Made by a program: the position numbers and the translations under genes. The notes beneath the pieces were generated by a model. It saw nothing but the letters and a program-made list of their open reading frames with translations, ran no database searches and was not told the origin of the DNA. Positions 20,663-30,452 of a stretch of DNA of 64,000 nt are shown here, piece after piece. Numbering within the stretch: position 1 is the first letter of the stretch; each line of letters begins with the position of its first letter. This DNA comes from an uncultured Verrucomicrobiae bacterium (GTDB lineage Bacteria; Verrucomicrobiota; Verrucomicrobiia; Chthoniobacterales; JAFAMB01), in assembly GCA_963742335.1 (NCBI GenBank), contig CAVULL010000022.1:110655-174654 (forward strand), in the 5' to 3' direction.

Positions 20663-21592
20663 TTAGCCTCGCGATTTGGGATCCATGAGCGCCTGGACGA
20701 TGTCCGAGATCAGGTTGAAAATTACAATCAAGACTCCGAAAAAAGCCACCGTTCCCAAAACAAGCGGATAGTCACGATTGAAGACAGACTTAATAAATTC
20801 CTGGCCGATACCAGGGACGTTAAAAACCTTTTCCACAACGAAGGAACCACTGAGAAGTCCTGCAAACGCAGGACCGAGGAATGCCACGACCGGGAGTAAT
20901 CCGCCGCGGAGTGCGTGTTTGAGAATAATTTCATGGTCAGGAACCCCCTTTGCGCGAGCTGTTCGGATAAAATCTTGATTCAAAATATCCAGCATCCCCC
21001 CGCGGGTTAAGCGCGCTATGTAGGCGGAGTAAAACAGCCCAAGGGTTAGTGCCGGCATGATCATAGGATGGAAGGGGACATAGTTCAGTCCATGCCAACC
21101 ACTGACCGGCGCGAGTCTCAGGACCAGGCCGAAGAGCAAGGCGAGTATAGGTCCCAAGACAAATGTTGGAAGACAGATACCAAGCATCGACAATGACATC
21201 GGAAAATAGTCCCATAGCTGGTTCTTGTTTGCGGCGGCGATAACTCCCGCGGTGATGCCAATCACGGAGGCAATACAAAAAGCCAAGCTCCCGACTTGTA
21301 ACGAGATAGGAAAAGAACGAGCAATCACCTCGTTGACCGACTCACTTTGATAAGTGTAGGAAGGGCCCAAATCGAATCGGACAAATTTTCCCAGATAGCC
21401 GAGATATTGCTCCCAGAGCGGCTTATCAAGTCCATAGTAGGCGTTCAGTCTGGCAATAACTTCCGGCGTTGCCTGACGTTCCGCGCTGAATGGTCCACCC
21501 GGCACCTCCTTTGACATGAAGAAAGTCAGGGTCAGAATGATCCAAAGGACCGGGATCAGCTGAAGTAAACGCCCGACGATGATCTTTATCAT
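20663..21592 (-). CDS. Peptide ABC transporter permease (OppB/DppB type)
   Basis: 'MIKIIVGRLLQLIPVLWIILTLTFFM..' and 'FIRTARAKGV' (EAA-like loop). Confidence 0.9.
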   Translation of the reverse strand: MIKIIVGRLLQLIPVLWIILTLTFFMSKEVPGGPFSAERQATPEVIARLNAYYGLDKPLWEQYLGYLGKFVRFDLGPSYTYQSESVNEVIARSFPISLQVGSLAFCIASVIGITAGVIAAANKNQLWDYFPMSLSMLGICLPTFVLGPILALLFGLVLRLAPVSGWHGLNYVPFHPMIMPALTLGLFYSAYIARLTRGGMLDILNQDFIRTARAKGVPDHEIILKHALRGGLLPVVAFLGPAFAGLLSGSFVVEKVFNVPGIGQEFIKSVFNRDYPLVLGTVAFFGVLIVIFNLISDIVQALMDPKSRG

Positions 21593-23247
21593 TTGGCCAA
21601 ATCGCGGTCAGCCTTCAGATCGATATACTTGTAGTTGTGGTTGCCCAGCACGAGCGGATTCCAATTCTGGACGGACGGCTGTAATAAATACGCGTTGGTG
21701 TACCAATACACCACCACGACCGGCAGGTCGCTCAGAAACAATTCTTCGGCTTCATGCAGAATTCGCAAACGAGACGTCGGATCACCTGTCCTTGCCGCCT
21801 GCTCGATGAGCGCGTCGAATTTCGGATTTCCCCAATTGGTATTATTATTGCCGTTACCGGTCGTCCACATACTAAGGAAAGTGACCGGATCCATGAAGTC
21901 TCCAATCCAGGCAGAGCGCGAGAGGTCATAGTTCTTATTGTTCTGGGTATCCAGGTAAACCTTCCATTCCTGATTCTCGAGGGCCACATCGATATTCAAC
22001 TCTTCCTTCCACATCTGTTGAATCGCTTCTGCAATCGCCCGATGTGATTCCAGCGTGTTGAAATGAATAGTGAACTTAGGGAATCCTTTTCCGTTTGGAT
22101 AACCCGCTTCGGCAAGCAACTGACGTGCGCGCGCCGGGTCGTAGGTTAACCGGTTCAACGGTTCGTAGTCGCCCATGCCGGGCGGTGTGTATCCGGTGGC
22201 GGATTTTTGGCCTTCCCGCAAAATATTCTTCACGATTGCCTCGCGGTCCACCGCAAGGTTGAGCGCCAGTCGTACCTTTGGATTGTCGAGCGGTTTTCGG
22301 GCAATATTGATCCGATAAAAATAAACTCCTTCGCACGGATCGATCCGCATGAGTTCCGGATGCGTTCGCCGGTAATAAGGCACTTTATCCAAGGGGATTT
22401 GATCGGTCCTGTGCAGTTGTCCGGCCTGGAACGCGCGTTCCTGCGTATTCAAATTCTCAATCGAATAGAAATTGATGCCGTTGAGTTTAACGTTGGCCGC
22501 GTCCCAATAGAGCGGATTCCGGACAACCTCGATCACATCGTTGGGATACCAACTTTTCATCTTGAAGGGACCGTTCGCGACATAGTTCTCTGCCCGCGTC
22601 CACTTGCTGTCGCGTGTATCGATAGTCCCGTATTTCAAGATGGCCGTCGGACAAACCGGAAGCCAGGAATCATGCTGCACCAGTGAGAGTAAATAAGGAG
22701 TGGGACCCACCAACTCGATTCGCAAGGTCTGATCATCAAGAGCCTTTACTCCGACCTTCTCAAAATCGGTGATTTTCCCGCTGTAATAATCCTCCGCCCC
22801 TTTCAAGATGAACAGATTTTCTGCGTACTGTGCACCGAACGAAGCCGTCAGCATTCTCTTGTAAGAAAAAACAAAATCCCCGGCCTTGACCGGCTCGCCA
22901 TTGGACCATTTTCGATCCTCTCCAATGTGGAAAGTCCAAACAGAATGGTCCTCGTTGTGTTCCCAGCGATCCGCCATACCCGGGACGATCTTTGATTGAT
23001 CGTCAATGCTCGGCGCAACCAATCCCTCAATCATCGCCATGATGATGTGATGCTCCGTCACCCCTTGTGCCTCCTGAGGGTCCAGGGTTCGCGGTTCGCT
23101 TCCGACGTTGAGCAAGAGAATTTTGTGGGCATTCGCCTCCTGGAGAGTGAGGCTGTACGCTTCGTTCCTCGCTGCTGCACGCCCTGCGCAGAACCAGCCA
23201 AGCCCGCCGCACGATAGTAGTACGAGCATCAGAACCAGCTTTTTCAT
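21589..23247 (-). CDS. Peptide ABC transporter substrate-binding protein (SBP family 5)
   Basis: The signal peptide 'MKKLVLMLVLLSCGG' starts at the ATG at 23247. The protein is a ~550-aa SBP_bac_5-type sequence and is the first gene of the five-gene operon. Confidence 0.85.
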   Translation of the reverse strand: MKKLVLMLVLLSCGGLGWFCAGRAAARNEAYSLTLQEANAHKILLLNVGSEPRTLDPQEAQGVTEHHIIMAMIEGLVAPSIDDQSKIVPGMADRWEHNEDHSVWTFHIGEDRKWSNGEPVKAGDFVFSYKRMLTASFGAQYAENLFILKGAEDYYSGKITDFEKVGVKALDDQTLRIELVGPTPYLLSLVQHDSWLPVCPTAILKYGTIDTRDSKWTRAENYVANGPFKMKSWYPNDVIEVVRNPLYWDAANVKLNGINFYSIENLNTQERAFQAGQLHRTDQIPLDKVPYYRRTHPELMRIDPCEGVYFYRINIARKPLDNPKVRLALNLAVDREAIVKNILREGQKSATGYTPPGMGDYEPLNRLTYDPARARQLLAEAGYPNGKGFPKFTIHFNTLESHRAIAEAIQQMWKEELNIDVALENQEWKVYLDTQNNKNYDLSRSAWIGDFMDPVTFLSMWTTGNGNNNTNWGNPKFDALIEQAARTGDPTSRLRILHEAEELFLSDLPVVVVYWYTNAYLLQPSVQNWNPLVLGNHNYKYIDLKADRDLAK

Positions 23248-23492
23248 AGTTCGTCTCCGCTCAACACCCGCGGCATCTTCCCGACGGACAACCTCTTGGA
23301 ACCGACGCATTCTGTTAACGAGAAAAAGCTTCCGGACATATTCAAATAAACCTGCAATCTTGCCATGGCGCTGGCTGCCGGCAAACCGGGAATATGGATC
23401 ATCGCCAGCGCAATGGCAATGGCCGCCGCAGATCGATGGCTCGCATCCTTTCAGGCGGCAGAAAAATGAGGCGGCTCGCTTCCCCAGAGCCT

Positions 23493-24272
23493 TTAACGAT
23501 CGATCGATTCCCCTGGCATTCTCTTGGAGGTCCGGAGGGTACGGATCGCATCACGCAGTTCCGCCGCGCGCTCGTACGCTTCATCCGCAATGGCACGCTT
23601 CAAATCTCGTTCCATGAGTTCTAAAGGGGTCAAAGGCACTGCATCGCGGACCTCTTTCAGCCAGTCGCTCAAGAAGGCAAGCTCGTTACTTGATTCGATC
23701 CATTCAGGTTGACCGATCGTTCGATAAAAAGTCTCTATTTTTGCTTTACCGGACTCAATCAGCTTTACGGCTTCGGCCGTATTGCCCTCCTTCAGCTCCA
23801 GCGACGCTCTGGCCCTTGTGTTCATCATGATGACGTAGGGTCGAAACTGTTCTAAAGTCCACTTGGAATCCTCGTCGGCGGCATGCTCGCTGACAAAGTC
23901 CAACATCTCCAGATTCCGTTCGGTATCACGAATGACGTTTTGAAAATCCCGGAGTTGAAACAAGCTCAAGTAACGGTGGTAATATTGAGCTCCCTCCTGT
24001 TGCAGTGCCGCGATGTCTGCCTCCGAAAGCGCGTACGGCTGATCGCCAGACTTAACCATCGCTGATTTCGCCTGGTGATAATGTAGTAACGATTCGAAGC
24101 CGTGCGGGCGAATCCCATCCGGACGTCCGTTCAGCTCCATTTGGATCAGGCCAAGATCAATCCTCAGCTGGATTTTTTCGCAGCCATCGCGTCCCACGAT
24201 CTTTCGGGCCTTTACCTGCCCCGGCTCGTGGGGCCAGCCTTCGAGTAAGTCGTTCAGATCCAGATTGCTCAC
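23493..24272 (-). CDS. UVR (UvrB/UvrC motif) domain-containing protein
   Basis: The C-terminal 'LERDLKRAIADEAYERAAELRDAIRTLR' is a UVR motif. The remainder is uncharacterised. Confidence 0.6.
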   Translation of the reverse strand: MSNLDLNDLLEGWPHEPGQVKARKIVGRDGCEKIQLRIDLGLIQMELNGRPDGIRPHGFESLLHYHQAKSAMVKSGDQPYALSEADIAALQQEGAQYYHRYLSLFQLRDFQNVIRDTERNLEMLDFVSEHAADEDSKWTLEQFRPYVIMMNTRARASLELKEGNTAEAVKLIESGKAKIETFYRTIGQPEWIESSNELAFLSDWLKEVRDAVPLTPLELMERDLKRAIADEAYERAAELRDAIRTLRTSKRMPGESIDR

Positions 24273-24372
24273 TGGCCGAAATATCCGAACGGCTTGTTAA
24301 CTTGTCAAAAGCAACTGCTCATCTCTCAATAATAGTTGTTTTTACCTAAAACTCTCTGGGAGAGAAAACAGT

Positions 24373-25335
24373 TCATCCCACTGAGGCTTGCCGGGCGGGT
24401 TCGTTCCGTCCCTTCCCCGGCAGAATGCTTTTCTCCGATCCGAGTGCAATCCGACACTGGCGCAGGAAGAGGGCGAGACCCTGGCTGACCGAACGCTCAC
24501 TTGCACTGACTAGGTGGACACTTATCTGTCGCTTTTCCCAGAACTTTTCTAACGAGACTATCCGAAGGCGACGTGTCAAGTGCTCGGCAAATCTCCGAGG
24601 AACGATGGCAATTCCAAGACCTTGCTCGACAAAGCCAAGGACGCCTTCGAGCGTACCCGCCTCCACCAGCCGCGGCGACCGCTTGCCGTCGCGTGAAAGA
24701 TAGGAAACAAACCTTTCTGTGTAGGAGCAGCCAAGGCGTTGGATCAACAATGGAAAACGGTCCCAGAGAGCCAAATCATTCTTGGCCAGCACGTCACTCG
24801 CCAGAGGAACCAGCAAAACAAGCTCGTCCTGGAATTCAAGCTCGGTCTTCAGACGATCCGAACGGGCGGGGTAGGAAACAAAGGCCGCGTCCAACCGTCC
24901 TTCCTGCAACATTTTAATGAGCGTAACGGAACTTCCCGATGTAACTGCGAACTGAAGCCACCGGCTTTTCGCGCGGCAGGCCTCAAGCAAGGAGGGCAAA
25001 AGCGCGGCGACAACTGTTTCGATCGCGCCAAGACGAAGCAATTCCGCAGTTCGATAGTCGGATTTTTGGAAGACCAGATCGACCTCGTCGATTAGCGCAG
25101 CAAGCCGCGCGACGAGCGGTTCGAGCGCCTCTCCAGCCGGCGTGAGGCTGCTCCCTCGAGCACCGCGGTCCAACAAGCGGACGCCCAGCGCATCTTCAAG
25201 CTTCCGGATGCGCACAGTCACGTTAGTCTGGACCATGTGAAGCCGGCGCGCAGCCTCTGAGATGCTGCCAACACGAGCTACCTCGAAGAATATTAAAAGG
25301 TCAGGGAGCAGTTTGGGATCCAAGTCAGCCATCAT
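24373..25335 (-). CDS. LysR-family transcriptional regulator
   Basis: wHTH 'LLIFFEVARVGSISEAARRLHMVQTNVTVRIRKLEDALGVRLLDR' is followed by a LysR substrate-binding domain. The start is taken at MMADLD (25335). Confidence 0.85.
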   Translation of the reverse strand: MMADLDPKLLPDLLIFFEVARVGSISEAARRLHMVQTNVTVRIRKLEDALGVRLLDRGARGSSLTPAGEALEPLVARLAALIDEVDLVFQKSDYRTAELLRLGAIETVVAALLPSLLEACRAKSRWLQFAVTSGSSVTLIKMLQEGRLDAAFVSYPARSDRLKTELEFQDELVLLVPLASDVLAKNDLALWDRFPLLIQRLGCSYTERFVSYLSRDGKRSPRLVEAGTLEGVLGFVEQGLGIAIVPRRFAEHLTRRLRIVSLEKFWEKRQISVHLVSASERSVSQGLALFLRQCRIALGSEKSILPGKGRNEPARQASVG

Positions 25336-25430
25336 CTCAGGTGATGACTCCCATAGCAACAAATCGTTATCCGCTGCTGGCGGACCGACTGTAAGATCTA
25401 ACATTCTGAATTTTGCCGCCCACCATAAAT

Positions 25431-25820
25431 ATGACTGAACGCACTCATCGCCCCTTGCTGATTCTGGTCGCCGGGCCGTACCGGTCTTACACCAACGACG
25501 ACTTATCCAAAATCGCCGAAAACTATCGTCGCATGAATGAAGCATCGTTAGAACTTTTTCGTCGCGGGCACACCCCTTTGACGGGAGAGGCGATCGCCTT
25601 GCCTTTGATAGAGCTTGCCGGATCCAAACGCCTGGGCGACACGGCCTGGAATGAAATATTTCATCCTGTCGGACGGCGTCTGATCGCGCACATCGATGCG
25701 GTCTTGCGCATCGAAGGTCGCTCGGCAGGGGCCGACGAGATGGTGCAACTCGCGCGCGCGGCTGGGAAGCCGGTCTTTTTCGATTTGACCGAGGTGCCCG
25801 GCGTTCCCGAACCGTCCTGA
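25431..25820 (+). CDS. Small DUF4406/nucleoside deoxyribosyltransferase-like protein
   Basis: 'LILVAGPYRS..' at the N-terminus and the ~130-aa size suggest this family. The gene is divergent from the LysR gene. The family assignment is tentative. Confidence 0.4.
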   Translation: MTERTHRPLLILVAGPYRSYTNDDLSKIAENYRRMNEASLELFRRGHTPLTGEAIALPLIELAGSKRLGDTAWNEIFHPVGRRLIAHIDAVLRIEGRSAGADEMVQLARAAGKPVFFDLTEVPGVPEPS

Positions 25821-25898
25821 CAATCGAAGCAGTCGGCTAGGAAGGTTTTCGGACGAAAGGTTACTGGAAAGAGGTAGGCAGCCTCGATTAGGTTCGAT

Positions 25899-27203
25899 TT
25901 GCCGACGAGGTCGCAAAACTTTCCATTGGCTCCATCACCTATACAACCGGAACGATTGCTACAGCATCCGAGCTTTGCACTCTTCTGGGTTTCGCGCATT
26001 TTTTCAGCACTCGGCTTTCAGATGGCTTCCGTTGCGGTTGGTTGGCTCGTTTACGCAAAGACCGGAAGCGCTTATGCCCTTGGGTTAGTCGGTCTGTTTC
26101 AATTTCTTCCGATGGTCGCCCTGACATTTCTGGTCGGGCATGTTGCTGATCGATTTGACAGGCGTCGGATCGTCGCAACCTGCCAATGCATTGAATGCAT
26201 CGTCCTGGCCCTGCTGACGTTTGGAGATCGGGACGGAAAGCTGGATGTGGCAGTCCTGTTTGCTGCCGTGGCACTCCTGGGCGCAGCGCGAGCTTTTGAA
26301 ACGCCCACCATGTCGGCATTATTGCCGGCGCTCGTTCCAGACACTCTTCTTCGGAAGGCGATCGCCGTCTCTTCTTCCGCGATGCAAACGGCTACCATTG
26401 TCGGCCCATCGCTAGGCGGTTTACTTTACGCGGCGGGCGCAAGCGTGCCGCTCGGGGTATCAGCGCTCTGTCTATCAGCCGCCTCGATTTCAATGGCGTT
26501 TATAAAAATGGAACGCTCCGAATTGGTACGAGAGCCAATTTCGTTTGAATCGATCTTTTCCGGCGTCTCATTCATTCGCAGCCGACCGATCATTCTCGGT
26601 GCCATCTCCCTCGATCTCTTTGCTGTCTTACTGGGGGGCGTAACCGCGTTGTTGCCTATTTTCGCTCGGGACATTCTTCATACCGGACCCTGGGGTCTTG
26701 GTTTTTTGCGCTCGGCTCCTGCCGCGGGCGCACTCGCGATGTCCGTTCTACTCGTGCATCTTCCCATGAACCGGCGTGTTGGTATCAAGATGTTCGCCGC
26801 AGTGATCGTGTTTGGAGTCACAACTGTCATTTTTTCTATTTCAACGAGTTTCGTTCTCTCGCTCATTGCCTTGGTCATCATGGGAGCAGCAGATAATGTC
26901 AGTGTGGTGATTCGGATTTCCCTCGTCCAACTTTCGACTCCTGATGCAATGCGGGGCCGGGTAAGCGCTTTTAATTCCTTGTTTGTCGGAACGTCGAATC
27001 AGCTTGGCGAGTTTGAGTCCGGCATGCTGGCCGGACTTCTCGGTGTCATCCCCTCAGGAGTCGTCGGAGGGATCGGCACGATTTTGATCGCCCTTCTTTG
27101 GATGCGCTTATTTCCCGCGCTGCGCAAAATCAATGCACTGCCCAATATGGCTAACCCTCGTGCGGCAAGTTTTGGAGCCGCTGCTCCAAAAGACGTATTG
27201 TAA
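25899..27203 (+). CDS. MFS transporter
   Basis: A 12-TM profile is present, with 'FLVGHVADRFDRRRIV' as the MFS loop 2-3 motif. Confidence 0.85.
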   Translation: MPTRSQNFPLAPSPIQPERLLQHPSFALFWVSRIFSALGFQMASVAVGWLVYAKTGSAYALGLVGLFQFLPMVALTFLVGHVADRFDRRRIVATCQCIECIVLALLTFGDRDGKLDVAVLFAAVALLGAARAFETPTMSALLPALVPDTLLRKAIAVSSSAMQTATIVGPSLGGLLYAAGASVPLGVSALCLSAASISMAFIKMERSELVREPISFESIFSGVSFIRSRPIILGAISLDLFAVLLGGVTALLPIFARDILHTGPWGLGFLRSAPAAGALAMSVLLVHLPMNRRVGIKMFAAVIVFGVTTVIFSISTSFVLSLIALVIMGAADNVSVVIRISLVQLSTPDAMRGRVSAFNSLFVGTSNQLGEFESGMLAGLLGVIPSGVVGGIGTILIALLWMRLFPALRKINALPNMANPRAASFGAAAPKDVL

Positions 27204-27265
27204 AGGTAAAGGCCGAGAGGGGCGTTTGTTCAGCCGGCTTCAGCACCACCGTGCATCCGAACGGA

Positions 27266-27287
27266 GCAAACCGGGACGGTTCGCCTA
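27266..27287. repeat. Half copy (arm B only) of the REP-like palindrome
   Basis: GCAAACCGGGACGGTTCGCCTA is followed by CTTTG, the same flank as copy 1. No arm A lies upstream. Confidence 0.7.
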
Positions 27288-27410
27288 CTTTGTTCATTTT
27301 TGAGGCTCTGAGACAAAACTTACCAATGGCTGCAGTTCCGCTTGCACTCAGTTTCGGTCATCGGGAGACTTGAGGGACTCCTCAGTAAAACCTAACAATC
27401 AAACGTCTCA

Positions 27411-28937
27411 ATGCCGCAACACGACCTGGTTCTTGGCCTCGATGTCGGAACCACCAACCTGAAGTGCCTCGCCCTCGATGCTTGGGGAGCCATCGTCGCT
27501 CAAGGATCCGAGCCGACCCCCCGATCCCATCCTCGGCCAGAGTGGACGGACTTTGAACCTGAACCTATTTGGGAGGCGGTCTGTCGGGCCATTCGTTCGG
27601 TAATCTCCCAGATTCAGAGTCCCTCAGCCATTCGAGGGATAGCCGTTTCGAGCCTAGCGGAGTCCGTCGTCCCGATCGATTCACAGGGCCGACCTCTGGC
27701 GCCGGCAATTGCCTGGTTCGATCTGCGAACAATCGCGGAATACGAATGGCTTCGAGAAAAAGTTGGTTACGAAACGCTGTTCAGGATTTCGGGACTCAAC
27801 CCGGATCCCATGTTCGGGCTCTGTAAAATCCTCTGGGCGAAAAATCACGATCCCCTCACTTTTGAGAAAACGGCGCTCTGGCTTCATTTTGCAGATTATG
27901 TAGCCTTTCGTCTTTGCGGGATTCCCGCGACAGATCCCAGTCTGGCCTGTCGTTCTCTTGCCTACGATTTAGGCCGAGGGAACTGGTCAGCCGAAATTCT
28001 GGAGGCTGTGGGAGTACCGGTTTCCTCCTTTCCGCCTGTCTGTAAAAGCGGTACCCCGCTGGGCCTGGTCACTCCATCCAGTGCAACGGCAACGAACCTA
28101 CCAAAGACCACGGTGGTGAGCGTTGGCATCCATGACCATCTCAGCGGTGCATTTGCCGCGGGGGGGATCGGCGCTGGAATACTACTCGACAGCATCGGCA
28201 CTTCTGAATCCCTGAACTCGGTTTTCCCTAAACCGGTTTTCGATCAGCGGATTGCCAAGCACGGGCTTGCGCAAGGAGCTCTTTGGATCGAGGAACCGAC
28301 CTGCTACCTTACTGGCGGACTTCAGACCGCCGGCGCCGCGATGGAATGGTTCAGGCGAGAATTTGGAGGAAAGTCAAGCATCGCGGACCTGGTGGAAGAA
28401 GCAGCAACCGTCGAAGGGGCCGTACCGGTGTTTTTGCCTCATCTGGTCCGCAGTCTGACGCCCCATCCAGATCCTCTGGCTTCCGGAGCCTTCGTCGGCG
28501 TCAGGTCGACGACAACACGTGGAGGAATGTTCAGAGCGGTATTAGAAGGCCTTGCTTTCGAGGCGCGTGCGATTGCGGACGCCATGGGCACTGTCGCCGG
28601 GCTGCCCCCATTTGCCAAGATCCTCACCATCGGAGGTACACTCCAAAATTCTCTCCTCACGCAAATCAAGGCGGATGTATACGCCTTCCCCATCAAGGTC
28701 AATCCGGTTCGCGAAGCGGTTAGTTTGGGAGCGGCCCTTTTGGCGGGACTCGGCTGCGGCCTCTTTCCAGATCCTTCAGCAGCCGTACGAGTTGCGCGCC
28801 GAGAAGAGATCGGCATCGAACCGAACTCGGAACATTCCAGGCGGTTACAGTCACTCTATCAAGAAGTTTACCAAGATCTGTATGGGCAACTTCGGACCGC
28901 GCATCATCGCCTGCACGCTCTGGCCGCTCGGGAGTAA
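27411..28937 (+). CDS. FGGY-family carbohydrate kinase (xylulokinase-like)
   Basis: 'LVLGLDVGTTNLKCLALD' begins the FGGY N-terminal domain, and a C-terminal domain follows. The protein is 508 aa. Confidence 0.8.
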   Translation: MPQHDLVLGLDVGTTNLKCLALDAWGAIVAQGSEPTPRSHPRPEWTDFEPEPIWEAVCRAIRSVISQIQSPSAIRGIAVSSLAESVVPIDSQGRPLAPAIAWFDLRTIAEYEWLREKVGYETLFRISGLNPDPMFGLCKILWAKNHDPLTFEKTALWLHFADYVAFRLCGIPATDPSLACRSLAYDLGRGNWSAEILEAVGVPVSSFPPVCKSGTPLGLVTPSSATATNLPKTTVVSVGIHDHLSGAFAAGGIGAGILLDSIGTSESLNSVFPKPVFDQRIAKHGLAQGALWIEEPTCYLTGGLQTAGAAMEWFRREFGGKSSIADLVEEAATVEGAVPVFLPHLVRSLTPHPDPLASGAFVGVRSTTTRGGMFRAVLEGLAFEARAIADAMGTVAGLPPFAKILTIGGTLQNSLLTQIKADVYAFPIKVNPVREAVSLGAALLAGLGCGLFPDPSAAVRVARREEIGIEPNSEHSRRLQSLYQEVYQDLYGQLRTAHHRLHALAARE

Positions 28938-29048
28938 GAAGGACACCTGCAGCGGCGAGGGCCATTATAGCGGTCGCCGCCGATCGAAGAGACAGCAATA
29001 ACACCATATCAGAGTGTAATTTCCGCTCGCTCTCTGGTCTCCTTTCGA

Positions 29049-29516
29049 TCAGCTGTTTATCTTTGGAGCGTCAATTCCCAACGCGTCGGCCAAGTCAAGC
29101 AGATGATCTTGCTCCTGCTCGATGATTTTTCGCAAAACCTCTCCGAGCGCGAATTCGCCCATCGCATCAGCTTGGCGAATCCGTTTCTGGTAATTCTGAA
29201 TCGTCTGCTTTTCATTTTCCAAGTCGAACCGGAGCATCTCTTCAGCCTTGTCGGACATCTTGACCTCTTTTGGGACGCTGGTCGGGGTACCGCTCAAATA
29301 GTCGATCTGTCGGGCGATCAGAATTGCATGGCTAAGTTCTTCCGAAGCGTGCTCTTCGAGTTCAGCCGCGATATTGTTAAAGGCCGCGCCTTTGATCGTC
29401 TGACTGTAAACCGTGTAAGCAATGATGGCTTGGTACTCACGGGACAGATCCTCATTGAGGAGTTCGACCATGCGCTCCCGACTGATGTTAAAATCTTCAC
29501 TCATATATTCCTCCAT
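29049..29516 (-). CDS. Ferritin-like (bacterioferritin/Dps superfamily) protein
   Basis: Di-iron ligand-type pattern 'EYQAIIAY..ELEEHASEELSHA..LENEKQTIQNY..IIEQEQDHL'. Confidence 0.7.
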   Translation of the reverse strand: MEEYMSEDFNISRERMVELLNEDLSREYQAIIAYTVYSQTIKGAAFNNIAAELEEHASEELSHAILIARQIDYLSGTPTSVPKEVKMSDKAEEMLRFDLENEKQTIQNYQKRIRQADAMGEFALGEVLRKIIEQEQDHLLDLADALGIDAPKINS

Positions 29517-29570
29517 TCTCTAAACTCATTGAACAATAAACAAGTCCGTGGATCTCATTTTATGAAAAAA

Positions 29571-30023
29571 CTATAAAAGAGGGATCGTACGAGGGAGCTG
29601 CCGCTGCAGGGGAGAGACGGGAAGCTTCTTCGGCAGGGTCCGGGCAAATGACATTACTCTTTCGTACTTCGCCGCATCGCGGACCTCTCTCCAGTCCGGG
29701 TGATATTTGTACTGTTTGCGCCCTCTTGCATCGATACCAGTCGCCTGCAGGTGGCCGTTCGCCCGTGCGCAAATCCAAACGTTCTTCCAGGCGGGAGGGA
29801 TGGACAGTGACCGAATGCGTTGCAGTTCCTCTGTTTTCTTGATTACTCTTCCCTCGCTATCATAAAATTTGAATTCAGATCCCCTGCTCTTTCGAGAGAT
29901 TCCAGGAGAGTCATCGGACATATAGCGCAGGCCGGCCGCAATTGCCGACTGCTTCGGATCGTCCGTCACTGTAGCCGATCTGCTCTCTTCTCTTTTCACC
30001 TTCCTCAGAGATTCGTTTGGCAT
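29571..30023 (-). pseudogene. DNA topoisomerase IB, N-terminal domain only (catalytic domain deleted)
   Basis: 'IPPAWKNVWICARANGHLQATGIDARGRKQYKYHPDWREVRDAAKYERVMSFARTLPK' is the conserved bacterial TopIB N-terminal region. Only 55 nt separate the stop from the next gene, so the ~200-aa catalytic domain is absent. Confidence 0.7.
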
Positions 30024-30112
30024 CGCCGTCCTGGTCTCTGCCTTTTCAAAAACAGGTCCTCCGAGGCCATCCGCAGGAGGTATCGGCCGACGAACGTTAC
30101 CGGAGATGAATT

Positions 30113-30409
30113 ATGGCTGTGAATGAAAAATTGACCCACATTGTTAAAGAGCGTGTCGTCAAAACCTTTCAATTGAGTGCCTCGGAACTCCTGATCACTT
30201 TCTTGGATGGCTCGACGATGAAAGTGAACATCCTGGAATCTAATAGCCCACCGCTCCGTGAGGGCGTACGGATTCGTCAGATCTCGGAAGACCAGGCGAA
30301 GCTCTTATTCGAGTGCGAAGATTCCAGTACCTTCGACGTAACCCTCACCAATCCCGGCTCCTCGGTGGCAGTTCGCGATAAAGCCTATCAAGTTGAATAT
30401 CTAGGCTGA
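30113..30409 (+). CDS. Hypothetical small protein (98 aa)
   Basis: The ORF does not overlap other calls and has plausible composition. No family was recognised. Confidence 0.35.
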   Translation: MAVNEKLTHIVKERVVKTFQLSASELLITFLDGSTMKVNILESNSPPLREGVRIRQISEDQAKLLFECEDSSTFDVTLTNPGSSVAVRDKAYQVEYLG

Positions 30410-30452
30410 AGTGCACCTTTGAATCTCGATTTCGGTCTCTTTTCCGATTGCC